A DNA stretch of 64,000 nt from the human T2T-CHM13v2.0 reference genome, Homo sapiens: assembly GCF_009914755.1 (NCBI RefSeq), contig NC_060944.1; one strand, written 5' to 3'. Positions 20,259 to 36,709 of the stretch are shown piece by piece. A model generated the notes under the pieces. The model did no database searches and was not told the DNA's origin. It saw only the letters and a list, made by a program, of their open reading frames with translations. Positions within the stretch are counted from its first letter, which is position 1, and the number at the start of each line of letters is the position of its first letter. The position numbers and the translations under genes were made by a program.

Positions 20259-20479
20259 GAAAGTTATGTTCCATGTATTTCTAAGCTTACTCTCCTAAAA
20301 TGGTTGAATATTACAGTTCTCAATTATTTATCTCCATGTAGAAGGATGACAGGGACTGTGCGCTAGTGCCAGCCTCCGCTGAGAGCGCCAAGACATTACA
20401 GCAAGCGACGGTAGGAGAGCTTGTAACGTGAAGCACCACCACACCTCTGTACTTCAAACTTAACCACAGAGACCGACTC

Positions 20480-21260
20480 CCAAACCAGCAAGTGCGTAAG
20501 CGCCGCCGCGCTCACCACCCGCCCCGCCCCTTCCGCATGCTAATGCCTTCTTCCGGCAGCCTTAGTTTCTTCCAACCAGTGCAGCTCCCTGTTCCGCGAG
20601 CATACGTCATCGTTCTCGCTTTCCGGTAGCTAAGGCGATCAGCGGGACTTCCCACTGAGACGAGCGGATGTCATATTGTATCAGGGCGAACCTCTGAGGA
20701 GCGCTGGCTGCGCTTAGGCAACGGTGCGGCAGGCGCCGGGGTTTTCTGAAACAGAAACGTTTAGGGGTGGGGAAACGTGTTCCGAGGAACTCTCGTTTTG
20801 AAGTGCGAGATACACCTGTCTTGCCCTGTTCCAAGATGGTGGCAGAGCTTCTCTGAGTCTCTCGCTTCCTCCAGTCCGTCGGAGAAGCGCTCTTTGATTG
20901 GCCAGTGGACAGCGCCGTGGCATGACGCGCTGGGGCGCTGGCCAATCGGTTGAGAGCTGAGCTGGACTTGGCGGTGGGAGCCGGAGCCTGCTTGTTGCAG
21001 CTGTGGGTGAGGACGGCTCTAGCTAGGTGAGCGGCTCCGGCCAGGTGAGCGGGGCGCATAGGTGACGGAGGGCCGAGGGCACGGGTATGAGTTTCTGCCG
21101 GGGGCGAGGTGAGCGGCTTCTGGGAGGAGGCCTTTTCTTGACAGTTTAGGGTAGCGGGGGAATCGATGATCCGGGAGTCCCCTGCGGATGTCGTCCCGCA
21201 CCAGGCCGGGACCGATTTCTGGCTCCAGTTTCCCCAGAATTGCGGAGTGCGCACACCTGG
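20480..21260 (+). promoter_or_regulatory. SEC23B: SEC23B CpG-island promoter
   Basis: CpG-dense; GC boxes near 20520, ETS-like TTCCGG sites, YY1-like AAGATGGTGGC near 20833, CCAAT boxes near 20897 (reverse) and 20942. Confidence 0.85.
20950..21044 (+). other. SEC23B: SEC23B non-coding exon 1 (5' end approximate; donors after 21026 and 21044)
   Basis: Two AG|GTGAGC donor consensus sites inside the CpG island; no SEC23B coding sequence before exon 2. Confidence 0.65.
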
Positions 21261-23534
21261 AAGGACCCAAGTCCCGTTTTATAGTTGAGAAACTCAAGAC
21301 TCAGACAAGTGAAACGACTTTTGCTTCATGACAGCTGGAACTGGAACCCAGGTCCTTGGACTCCCTTCAAGGATTAAACCTCACTTATTCTTACATACAC
21401 ATGGTCACTGTGTCCTGAGAAGTTACGAGTTGGCGCGATAAGGGTGGTTCAGATTTTTTGGCATATTCTCCTGTTATCTTTCCAGGCCTTTCATTCATTC
21501 ACTAATTCATACTTTCAGTTATTTACCTCTTCAGATACCTTCCCCGATACTTTGGTAAAAGCTATGGACCCATCTCCCTAGAAAAACGGCATATTCCCTC
21601 ATGCGCATAACTTCAGATGATTAGTGGACCTTCTATAGTCCCCTTGGATTATGTGTCCACTGCTAAGAATCCAGACCCTAGAAGGGTGAGGGAAACAGGC
21701 AGTAGGAAAAGGAGGGAGCAGGTCTTAGGCTGTACATGCTTGGAAACCATTAGATGGAGGCAGTAGCTTCTTTTTTTTTTTTTTTTTTTTTTTGAGATGG
21801 AGTCTCGCTCTGTCGCCCAGGCTGGAGTGCAGTGGCGTGATCTCGGCTCACTGCAACCAATGCCTCCCAAGGTCAAGCAGTCCTCCCTGCCGCAGCCTCC
21901 CGAGTAGCTGGGATTACAGGCACCTGCCACCACGCCCAGCTAATTTTTGTATTTTTAGTAGAGACGGGGTTTTGCCATGTTGGCCAGGCTGGTCTTGAAT
22001 TCCTGACCTCAGGTCATCCACCGGCCTCGGTCGCCCAAAGTGCTGGGATTACAGGCGTGAGCCACCGCGCCCGGCCGCCAGTGCCTTTTAATAAAGAACG
22101 TTTTGAGAGAGAGACGGTTATTTAATGAAATCTGCTGACATACTTGCTGAGAGTTGTGATAGAACTTGCTTTCATTCCGACTTTAGTTATCCCTTTGCTT
22201 CCCATGAAGCTCCAGAGTGCTTCCTGTGCACACAGTGCTTCAGGTTCTTGCCGTTGCCAGAAATAAACAGATTTCTTAGAGTTTCAGTTGGAGCAAACAT
22301 TGGAATTCTTGTGTTCTGGGCTTTATGTAGTAGAGTAATTCATTTGCTTTTCTAGCCATGCAATATTATTGCCTTAATCAAAATTATTTACAGTATGGTA
22401 CTTCCCAAAATAACAGACAGTTGTTATCCATATTCAGGAAGTGGGCGCGAGAGGCCACTTTAATTTGATAGACTCTTTAATTTGCCTTTTTACTACTTTT
22501 CTTGAGGGGCTTGTTCCCTTGAACCCCAATAGCTGAGTTGTGTGTTACCCTAGATTTTAGGATATGAACAGGATGTATAAATACTCAATGAAGTTGGGAT
22601 CATCTGGGTTTGAGAGTTTAGCCTGTAGGACAGTTTTACTGACCACAGTCTTCATTTTTTTTTTGAAACAGAGTCTGGCTCTGTCGCCCAGGCTGTGCAA
22701 TGGCATTGTCTCGCCTCACTGCAATCTCTGCCTCCCGAGTTCAGACGATTCTCCTGCCTCAACCTCCTGAGTAGCTGGGACTATGGGCACGTGCCACCAC
22801 ACCTGGCTAATTTTTGTATTTTTAGTAGAGACGGAGTTTCACTGTGTTGGCCAGGCTGGTCTTGAACTCCTGACCTCGTGATCCGCCCATCTCAGCCTCC
22901 CAAAGTGCTGTGAGTATAGGTGTGAGCCACCACACCTGGCCTTGACCACAGCCTGTCAAGGCATGAACATAAGCAACCGTGGTGAGGAAAGAGGTTCTGG
23001 TGAGACTCAGCATAATAGTAATTTTGGTAATACCAAGTAGAAATAATTTAGCTCAAAACTGGTTCCCATTATGAACCAAACTTGAAGATCAGTATCCAGC
23101 TCTTTTCTCCAAAGTTAACAAAGTGCGGAAGGGAATGAGCACCCCCCCGCTACTGAAAAAAAAATCACTTGGAATGTAAAATTTAATAGAGGAAGAAAGG
23201 AAGGAGATTAGAGAGGAAGATAGTTGGATGCCGAAACAGGGTTCAAGACTTACCCTTGAGCAAGGGGCTGAAATTGGCTTGACTGATAGGACGTGTGATC
23301 TGTGAGGAGGTTTGAAGTAGTAGTGTTTAACTACATGTAGTTTGGAGATGATCAGGTGATTGTAAACCTCCCACTCCTTTGATTTATTTTTAAGTGCTTG
23401 AAAGGAGAGGTGAGAAAGGAGCAGTGATCAATGATAACTGTGCGGTTAACTGACTTTTGGGTATCAGATGGAAAAGAAATACTGTCATTCTACAGCAACA
23501 GGTTCTTCCCAAGTATTTAAGAAACACTGTGTTA

Positions 23535-23832
<298 letters not shown>

Positions 23833-23888
23833 TCAGAATTTCACATACCATTAAGGTAATTAAAGTTTTATCTTCAGTTCCCTTTTAG

Positions 23889-24125
<237 letters not shown>

Positions 24126-25187
24126 TGAAACTGGTAAAAATGATAAATACAATATATTATGAATTTTATGTGATGCTCATAAAAGTCATTAAATTTGGGC
24201 AGGTCATCAAATTTGTGATAAGTAGTAGATGATGAGACTCCTAAACGATTCTTGTGGTGAGTAGTAAGTGGTGAATATTTGTAGAAATCTCCCTGGCCTG
24301 ATAATTCCAGATAAAATTGGAATCTTACAGGAATGAGGTAGAGGTAGAGGGAGAGGATTTGTAATTCACTTTTTTTTTGGCTGATAATCAGTTTGCTTTT
24401 GGCTTAACTGTAGACTTTATTGATTCCTCTTAAAGTAATTTCCCAGAAGAATTCGAAAGCTTAGACCGTCTTCTCATGCTTCCCGGGTACAGTGATGCTA
24501 TATGGCAAGGAGAAGTAGCAGGCAGAAGAAATTTTAACTGTTAACAATTTGTTAAGTGTAATTTTTTTTTTTTTGTGCCTGAGATAGTGACCTATTTCTT
24601 TTAAATGTGGGCATTATTTGAAATGATTTTTAAACAGGTAGAGAGTGTCATAAAATTTTTATATGAGGGAACATTTTTTACTTCATTCTCATTGCTTTTA
24701 TTTAATGTGCCCATATGTGAATGCATAGCCACTGGTTATTAATTTTCTAAATGTAGAAAATAAGGGAAAAGTAACTGAAGCATTATCTTGAACCAATTTG
24801 AGGAAGTGAAATGTGCTTGCCCAACTTTTCTTAAAATGGGCTAAGTCAGGTTAAAAATCTAGAAGCATTTTCCTGTGTGTGAAATATGCTTTTAATGTTG
24901 GAATTTAGTAGTTTCACATAGTCGGACAATAAAGATGTTAGAAAAAAATCATGAAGAGTATGTTAAGATAAAAGGCAAGAGAGAAATAATGTATAATTTA
25001 TATAAATCATGACATTTAAAAAATTAGGAAATTGGAAAAGAGAAAAAGATTTAGTATTTCTTCACTGTGGCTGTTTGATGGAAATTGTGGTGTACTTAGC
25101 CAGAATTCTAACTGCGGTGAACGTTTTGCATACTCATACTTATGCATACACATAGAAACACTTACTTGTGTGATTTACTGAACTTGA

Positions 25188-25388
<201 letters not shown>

Positions 25389-25824
25389 TGAAAAAAATTA
25401 AGTTAGGTTGAATTTGTGTTTACACTGGCAGTGAGCAGTTTCTGCTGAACTCAGGGTGATAACTTTTGTTAAGCACAATATTGAATTTGAACATTTGTGG
25501 TTTATTCTGTTGAGTGGTTTTCTTGAGTCCTTGTCATTTGCTTGGGGCTGGGGAGGGGGTGTTCATTGAATTCCCTTTTCTTACACATTTTCTGTAGGCA
25601 GTGAATCTGTGACCCAAAGAAAGCACCTGTTTTTCATATTTCTCTTGACTTCAGTATATTCTGATTGGATAGTGTATATTACTGAATTTTCATTTTCTGA
25701 TCTTTCTAACTTTTAGAGTCCAGGTATCAGTGTTGAGCTTCTTTTGATTTAAAAATTTTAAAAGTACCAAACTAGAAGGAGCTCACAAATCACAAGAGAG
25801 ACTTCTCTATAAAAGTAACTGTGC

Positions 25825-26438
<614 letters not shown>

Positions 26439-28348
26439 CTAAAAGTGGATTGTGGTAATTATTGCACAACTGTACGTTTTCTAAAAATCATTGACTTGTA
26501 TAATTAAAATGAGTGAATTTTATGTTGCGTAAACTATACCTCAATAAAGTTGCTAGAAAAAATTTGTGTCCAGCATAGTGTACACTGTTCTAACAGATCT
26601 TAAGCTCTTCACATGCATTCGTTCATATATTTGATCATAATTACAATTACTCATTCTCAGATACAGCATATAAGTCTAGTGATGAAGAGGACAGTGTACA
26701 ATTGATGACTGACCATAGGTTCGGAAACTATAAGCAGATGTCATTTAAAATATATCTTCATGAGAGATTCAGAAGTATATAGAAATCTTAAAAGCATTTC
26801 TGCTCCCTATTACATTTAGGATTAATGTCTTTGTTTAATATAATTTATTATAGTAATTCTAAGGCAGGGTAGCATAGTGGCTAAAGAGCCAGAGATCTGT
26901 AGCCAGACTGCCTGGGTTTGGCTCTCAGATCTACCACTTATTTCCTGTGTAACTTTGGGTAGGTCACTTAACTGCCTGTGCCTCAACTTCCTTGTCTTTA
27001 AAATTAGGATGATAGTATAGTATACCTATAGTCACTTCATGAGATTATTGTGAGAATTAAACTGAGTTAATGAGTATAAAGGACTTAAAACAGTGCTTGA
27101 CACATGGTAAGTGCCATATAAGTATTTGGTATTATTATGCTTACCTAAGATTGTCACCTGCCAATTTATAAGTATGATCTGCAAGTCTATGTGTCCTAAG
27201 TGGAAATAATCTTTTGTAACCTTCCTAGCTGGACAGTGTGGGGGTTTTCTAGCTCTAAATGAATGTAGAGCTGGAAGACGGAGGGATCAGGGTGATCTCC
27301 GTCTCCTTTGCTCCCTTCTGTGCAGCTGGCTGACTGCGTGGGTGAACAGGGCCTCTCCAGGTTGCTGGGAGGTGGCTGGTGTGTCTGTAGTCATAGATCG
27401 AGCTTATCCCTGCTGGGAGCTGCAGTCAGTGGGCAGTCATGGCCAGGATGGGGCTAGAGTCTTCTGCTGGCTCTGACTGAGATTCTTGCTGGGGCTCGCA
27501 TGCTCAGTTGTACCCTTCTCTCCCAACCAGAGGCCCCTAAAGCTGCCTGTCAGCTCCTCAGCAGCACTTGCATTTGGTCACTCTGAGGTCACTGGCCTGG
27601 AGTGATCATCTGCTCACTTTGGGGAGATGCACCTCAACTTGTATTTTTAATGTAAAGCTAAAGACTATTTGGATTATAAGCCAACCCACAAGCTGTGAAT
27701 TTAAAACATTTGCAGAGAGTTTTAAAAACAAAAGAAAATGCCTGTGGCATTATGTTGACTGGAAAAAACAAGTTCCACATTGTATATATGGGATGTTCTC
27801 AACTGTGCTTAAGTCTGGAAGGAAATCTGCCAGGAGGTTGACAGTAGCTGCTTCTAGGTGATAGGATTTTGGGGGGCTTTTCCTCCTTTGTTTGCTTCTA
27901 TTTTCCTGGACTTGCCAATTTTTCTACATTCCATATGTATTACTTTATTGATAATAGCCAAAATAATAAACCTAAATAAAGTCTTTGGCTTTATTTAGAC
28001 TATTAACTATTGATGAGATAGGTGAAATCTCAGCCTTTAATTTGCAGGGCAAAACTTAAGAAATGGTTTTCATTTGTGTGTTTTTGGCTAGGCATGGTGG
28101 CTTATGCCTGTAATCCCAGCACTTTGGGAGACTGAGGGGAGAAAATCACTTGAAACCAGGAGTTCAAGACCAGCCTGGGCAACATAAAGTGTGCTTTTAA
28201 ACATTTAGAAGTTACAATAGCTTAAAACTGCTCTAAAAAATATTTTTTAAGAGGACAGAAATGATATAAATATAAGGCAGGGTTAGAAGTTTTAAATGCT
28301 GATTTTTATGTTTTTTAACGTGTCCTGTATTTTGTGCTTTCAGAATAA

Positions 28349-28812
<464 letters not shown>

Positions 28813-29531
28813 TAATGAGCAATGTTAAATACTGAATTTCTCTTGAAATCCTTTGTCTTCCATGTCTCTTACCTGGGCAGGGGACTTAAAGCTGTGAGGG
28901 CAGCAGGATCCTAACCTTTAGGTTTGATGTGTGTGCATCTACTGGCATTGTTTTCAAGTACTGACATTATAGAAGGCTACTAAAAAGGTAGAACTGATTA
29001 AATTCCAAACCTGTTCTCTGTAGCCTTCTTCATCTCAGTTGATGGTACTCCATCATCTAGTTGTTTAGCTTCAGAACCTTAGACTTATCCTTGACCTCTC
29101 TCTTTCATGTTCCATATCTAATTCACTGGAAAATCCCATTGGCTCTATATTTGAAATTTATCCAGAATCCACCCACTTCCCCCTCCCTACTACCAGCTGC
29201 CCTGGGCCAGCCACTCCTTCTTACTTGAATCTTCTAATTGTTCTCCCTGATGTTACCATTGCCTATTTATACATTATTCTTCACCCAGCAGCCACAGTAA
29301 TTCTTTTTTTTTTTTTTTTTACAAATTGTATTTATTCATTTATTCAGTGAGGAAAGTTTGTTTTGCTTTCAAATATTGGCCTTTGTGAATAATGCTTCAA
29401 TGAATATAGCTGTTCAAATAACTGTTTACCCATATGTTGGAGGTTTGCATTTCTGCTACATTGTGTTTTATTGGAAAACTTGTCTGTCTTTATGCCAGAA
29501 CTAAACTGTTTTTATTACTGTAGCTTTGTAA

Positions 29532-29907
<376 letters not shown>

Positions 29908-30176
29908 ACATTTTTAGGCTCTTTATTGTCCTTTGAGATTCCGTATAATTTGTTGGTTACTTTTTCTATTTCTAAAAAAAAAAAATTGTTAATTGAAAAG
30001 GGATTGCATTGAATCTGTAGTTCACTAGGCAGCATGAACATCTTCACAATATTAAGTCTTACAACCCTTGAACATGAGCATGCTCAAAAGTGAGTTTAAT
30101 TTCCATATATATGTTGATATTTTTGCTTTCTTCTGTTATTGATTTCTAGTTTTATTCCATTTTTATCGGAAATAAT

Positions 30177-30606
30177 TATCTCATGTGTCCGTGTGAAGAG
30201 ACCACCAAACAGGCTTTGTGTGAGCAACAAGGCTCTTGATTTCACCTGGGTGCAGGCAGGCTGAGTCCGAAAAAGGAGTCAGCAAAGGGTGGTGGATTAT
30301 CATTAGTTCTTATAGGTTTTGGGATAGGCAGTGGAGTTACGAGCAATGTTTTGTGGGCAGGAGGTGGATCTCACAAAGTACGTTCTCAAGGGTGGGGAGA
30401 ATTACAAAGACCCTTCTTAAGGGTGGGGGAGATTACAAAGTACATTGATCAGTTAGGGTGGGGCAGAAACAAATCACAGGTGGAATGTCATCAGTTAAGG
30501 CTATTTTCACTTCTTTTGTGAATTTTCAGTTGCTTCAGGCCATCTGGATGTATACGTGCAGGTCATAGGGGATATGATGGCTTGGCTTGGGTTCAGAGGC
30601 CTGACA
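30177..30606 (-). repeat. HERV-H 3' LTR (LTR7 family), U3-R-U5
   Basis: Begins TGTCAGGCCTCTGA; TATA-like CTATAA at 30310-30315; R-U5 similar to 35717-35821. Confidence 0.93.
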
Positions 30607-31634
30607 TTCCTGTGTTGTTATATTAATAAGAAAAGCAAAACAAAATAGTGAAGTGTTGGAGCAGTGAAAAAATTTTGGGGGTGATATGGAGAGATTAATG
30701 GGCGATGTTTCTCAGGACTGCTTCTAGCGGGATTAGGGGCAGCGTGGGAACCTACAGTGGGAGAGATTCAACTGAAGAAAGATTTTGGGGTAAGGGGTGA
30801 TGTTGTGGGGTTGTTAGAAGGAGCATTTGTCGTATAGAATTATTGGTGATGGCCTGGATGTGGTTTTCTATGAATTGAGAAACTAAATGAAAGACACAAG
30901 GTCCAAATAAGAGAAGGAGAAAAACAGGTATTAGAGGACTAAGAATTGGGAGGACCCAGGACATCCAATTAGAGAGTGTCCAAGGGAGTTCAGTGTAATT
31001 ACTTGTTTGGTTGGTGAGTTTTTGGGCTCTATTCTTGACAGAGTCCTTTTTGTTAAGTTGGAGGCTGAGCTTGGTGAGGTGTGTTTTTAAAAGACCATTA
31101 GTTTGTCCTACCGTTCCTGAAGATTGAGGATGGTAAGGGGTATGAAGTTTTCACTGAATACCAAGAGCCTGAAAAACTGTTTGGGTGATTTGACTAATAA
31201 AGGCTGGTCCGTTATCGGACTGTATAGAGGTGGGAAGGCCAAACCAAGGAATTATGTCTGACAAAAGGGAAAAAATGACTGCAGTGGCCTTCTCAGACCC
31301 TGTGGGAAAGGCCTCTACCCATCCAGTGAAAGTGTCTACCTAGACCAAGAGGTATTTTAGTTTCCTGACTCAGGGCATGTGAGTAAAGTCAATTTGCCAG
31401 TCCCGAGCAGGGGCAAATCCCTGAGCTTGATGTGTAAGGAAGGGAGGGGGCCTCAACAATCCCTGAGGAGTAGTAGAATAGCAGATGGAACACTGAGAAG
31501 TGATTTCCTTGAGGATAGATTTCCACGATGGAAAGGAAATGAGAGGTTTTAAGAGGCAGGCTAATGGCTTGTAACCTACATGGAAGAGATTATGAAATGA
31601 CAACAGAATAGAATGGGCCTGTGAGGCTGGAAGG

Positions 31635-31678
<44 letters not shown>

Positions 31679-34600
31679 TCTAAGAACCATCTGCCTTGAG
31701 TGGAGAGGGATTGATAGGTGGAAACTTCAGTGGGAGAGTAAACAGGAGTGACCAATGAGAAGGAGAAAAACTGGCCATGAGGGACAGAAGTTAGAATGCT
31801 AGCTGCTTCTTTAGCTACCTTATCAGCAGAAGCGTTGCCCTGGGTGATGGGATCTGATGCCTTTTGGTGGCCCTTGCAGTGTATGACTCCTGCTTCCTTT
31901 GGAAGTAAAGCAGCCTTTAGAAGAGTTTTTATTAAAGAGACATTAATGATGGAGGACCCTTGTGTAGTGATTTTCTGCCTATATAACAGCATGGTGGTGC
32001 AGGATATGGAAGGCATATTTAGAGTCAGTATAATTATTGACACGTAATTCCTTTGCAAGAGTGAGGGCTCAAGTTAAGGCAATGAGTTCAGCTTGCTGAG
32101 AGGTAGTGGAGCCGGGCAGAGTGGTAGCCTCAATGATAGATGTGGAAGATACTATGGCATAGCCTGCCTTTGCTGGTGTGTGGCGATTAGGCCTGGTGGA
32201 ACTGCCATCAATAAACCAGGTGTGATCAGGGTGAGGAATAGGAAAGAAGGAAATATGAGGAAATGGAGTGAATGTCAGGTGGATCAGAGAGATACAGTCA
32301 TGTGGGTCAGGTGTGGTATCAGGAATAATGTGGGAGGCCGGATTGAAGTGCGGGCCAGGAACAATGGTAACTGTGGGAGACTCAACAAAGAGTGAGTACA
32401 GCTGAAGGAGCTGGGGAGCAGAAAGTATATGTGTCAGGTGTGAGGAAGAAAATAGATTTTCAAAGTTATGAGAACTGTAGAGAGTGAGTTGAACATAGTT
32501 TGTGATTTTGAGGGTCTCTAAAAGTATTAGGGCGGCAGCAGCTGCCGCACGGAGACATGATGGCCAGCCTAAAACAGTAAGGTCAAGTTGTTTGGACAAA
32601 AAGGCTACAGTGCGCGGTCCCGTTCCTTGTGTAAGAATTCCGACTGTACAGCTCTGCACTTAGGCTGTGTGTAATGAAAAGGGTTGGGATGAGTTAGGGA
32701 GACTAGTGTGGGGGCAGTCTCTAAAGCTGACTTCAAGGAACGGAAAGAGGAGTGGGGAAAGGATTTAGGATCTGTGGGGTCAGCTAGGTTTGCTTTTGTG
32801 AATTAATATAATGGTTTAGTCAGGATGGTAAAACTAGGTATCCAAAGGCAGAAGTACCTAACCATGCCTAGGAAGGAAAGGAGTTGTTGTTTTGTAGAAG
32901 AGATTGGGGTTTGGGAGATTAGTCAGACATGGTCAGCAGGGAGAGCACGGGTGTTTTCATGAAGAATTATGCCGAGATAGGTAATAGATGAGGAAGAAAT
33001 TTGAGCTTGACTGAAGTAATGGGGGCTGTCCGCGAAGCCTTGCGGCAGTAGAGCCCAGGTAATTTGCTGAGCCTGATGGGTGTCAGGGTCAGTCCAAGTG
33101 AAAGCAAAGAGAGGCTGGGATGAAGGGTGCAAAGGAATAGTAAAGAAAGCATGTTTGAGATCCAGAACAGAATAATGAGTTGTGGAGGGAGGTATTGAGG
33201 ATAGGAGAGTATATGGGTTTGGCACCAAGGGGTGGATAGGCAAAACAATTTGGTTGATAAGGCACAGATCCTGAACTAACCTATAAGGCTTGTCCAGTTT
33301 TTGGACAAGTAAAATGGGATTGTAAGGAGAGTTTATAGGCTTTAAAAGGCCATGCTATAACAAGCGAGTGATAACAGGCTTTAATCCATTTAAAGCATGC
33401 CGTGGGATGGGATATTGGCATTGAGCGGGGTAAGAGTGATTAGGTTTTAATGGGATAGTAATGGGCGTGTGATCGGTTGCCAGAGAGAGTGGAGGTATCC
33501 CATACTTGTGGGTTAAGGTTGGGGGGTACAAGAGGAGGATGCGAAGGAGGCTTTGAACTGGGGAAAAGAGCGGGAGTGAGGTGTGGCTGTAGCCTGGGAA
33601 TAGTCAGGGAAGCAGATAATTTAGTTAAAATGTCTCGACCTAATAAGGGAGCCGGGCAGGTGAGGATAACTAAAAAGGAGTGCATTAAAGAATGTTGTCC
33701 AAGTTGGCACCAGAGTTGGGGAGTTTTAAGAGGTTTAGCAGCCTGGCCGTCAATACCCACAACGGTTATGGAGGCAAGGGAAACAGGCCCTTGAAAAGAA
33801 GGTAATGTGGAGTGGGTAGCCTCTGTACTGATTAAGAAGGCGACGGACTTACTCTCCACTGTAAGAGTTACCCAAAGCTCGGCGTCCGTGATGGTCTAGG
33901 TGGCTTCTGAGGCGATCAGGCAGCGTCCGTCTTCAGCCACTAAGCTGAGAAGATCTGGGAAGGAGTCAGAGAGCGTTGGGCCAGAGTTCCAGGGGCTCTG
34001 GGAGTGGCTGCTTGGTGAGTTGAACAGTCCGATTTTCAGTGGGGTCCCGCACAGATGGGACACGGCTTAGGAAGAATCCCGGGCTGCGGGCATTCCTTGG
34101 TCCAGTGGCCAGATTTCCGGCACTTGAAGCAAGCTCCTGCGGGAGGAGGTTCTGGAGGAACCCCTGGCAGCTGCGGTTTAGGCGTTTGGAGTTCTTGTGT
34201 GCTGGAGATGTGGCTGGGGTTTGTCTCACAGTGGAGGCAATGAATTGCAACTCAGAAATACATTGTTACTTGGCTGCCTCTACTCTATTATTGTACACCT
34301 TGAAGGCGAGGTTAATTAAGTCCTGTTGTGGGGTTTAAGGGCTGGAATCTAATTTTTGGAGCTTTTTCTAATGTCAGGAGTGGATTGGGTAATAAAATGC
34401 ATATTGAGAATAAGACGGCCTTCCTCTGGGGGCCTTCCTCTGGGGTCTAGGACAGTAAAGCGTCTAAGGGTTTTTGCCAAACGGGCCATTAACTGGGCTG
34501 GGTTTTTATATCTGATGAAAAAGAGCCTAAATGCTAACTGATTTGGGAGAGGTCAGATAAAGAAAAAAGGAGCATTAAACTTGACTATGCCTTTAGCTCC

Positions 34601-35821
34601 AGCCACCTCTTTAAGAGGAAATTGTTGGGCAAGTGGGGAGGGCTAGTCGTGGAACGAAATGGTAAGCCAGGCCGGGTGTGAGGAGGGGAGGTGATAGAAA
34701 GATTATAGGGTGGGGGAGCAGAGGCTGAGAAAGAATTGGGACCTAGCTTGGCCTGGTGAGGAGCAACCTGGGGAGAAGGGGAGAGGTCAGATGAGTCCGT
34801 AGAAAAGGATTAAAAGGACTTAAGAGCTTGGGGTGGAGACTGAAGGAACAGACAGGAGAGAAAGAAGAAAGATTTGGGACGAGTCGCATTGGGAGCAGAG
34901 ACTAGGGAGGGACCAATGTGTAAAAGAATGCCTGGACGTCAGGCACCTCAGACCATTTGCCCATTTTACGACAAGGATTATTTAGATCTTGTAGGATGGA
35001 GAAATCAAAAGTGCCGTTTTCTGGCCATTTAGAATCATTGTCGAGTTTGTACTGGGGCCAAGTGGTGTGGCAGAAGAAAATAAGACACTTAGATTTTAGG
35101 TCAGATGAGAGTTGAAGAGGTTTTAAGTTCTTGAGAACACAGGCTAAGGGAGAAGAAGGGAATGGAGGGCGGAAGTTTGCACATAGTGAAGGAGGTAAGT
35201 TTAAAGAGAAGGGTAGAGACACGGAGTAGGGGGTGGGGAGCAGCCATGGCCTGCAATGTGGGTGAGCAGCCAAAGCAGGAGTCCCTACAATTGACTTGTC
35301 ACCAAGGGAATGTGGGTGAATGACCAAGGCAGGCATCCCTGCAGAGATCAGACGCCAATGGAATGTGGGTGAATAATCAGGCAGGCGTCCCCACAATGAT
35401 TAAACACCAAGGGAAGGCTGTCTTCCTGAGTCCGTGACCGGCGCGTTTTGGGTCCACGGATAAAAGGTGTCTCCTTTGTCTCTACTAGAGAGGAAAAAGA
35501 ACTGGAATTGGAAGGACAGGGAGATTGAAGGGTAGCAAGAGAGGCTGGAGAAGAGAGTGAAAAGACCACTTACCCGATTTGAAATTGGTGAAATATTCCC
35601 TGGGCTAGTTGGTCCGAGGACCTGAGGTCGTAGGCGGATCACTTCACGGAGTGAGGGTGAGGACAGGGGACTGGTCTCTTGAAGGAGTCCCTCTGACCCG
35701 GGTCTTCGGCACCAAATATCTCACGTGTCCGTGTGAAGAAACCACCAAACAGGCTTTGTGTGAGCAACAAGCTGTTATTTTACCTGGGTGCAGGCGGGCT
35801 GAGTCCAAAAAAGGAGGCAGC
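30177..35821 (-). mobile_element. HERV-H element, internally deleted: 5' R-U5 only, PBS, gag, pro, pol, env remnant, complete 3' LTR7-family LTR
   Basis: Degenerate gag MA and CCHC knuckle, protease (FLISTEATHS), RT (LDLKHAFF..LPQGF), RNase H (WFIDGSS), integrase (DWQIDFTHMP), env TM (LLLFGPC); LTR 30177-30606; R-U5 35717-35821. Confidence 0.95.
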
Positions 35822-35966
35822 CCAGAGTAATTCTTTAAAAACAAATCGGCCGGGCGTGGTGGCTCACACACGTAATCCCAGCACTTTGAGGGGCTGAGGC
35901 GGGGGGATCACAAAGTCAGGAGATCGAAACCATCCTGGCTAACACAGTGAAACCCCTTTTCTACTA

Positions 35967-36231
<265 letters not shown>

Positions 36232-36305
36232 TCAAAGCCCCACGTGTTACCACTCCAACCCCAGTATCTGCTAGTGTCCTCGTTCAGCCCAGTGGGCCTC
36301 TTTGA

Positions 36306-36709
<404 letters not shown>

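Noticed and set aside
20607-21254. 215-aa minus-strand ORF over the SEC23B promoter
   Set aside because: Stop-poor GC-rich CpG island; no recognisable domain; non-ATG start.
32069-33859. HERV-H pro/pol ORFs as functional enzymes
   Set aside because: Fragmented; protease DTG reads STE and the RT YxDD region is missing.
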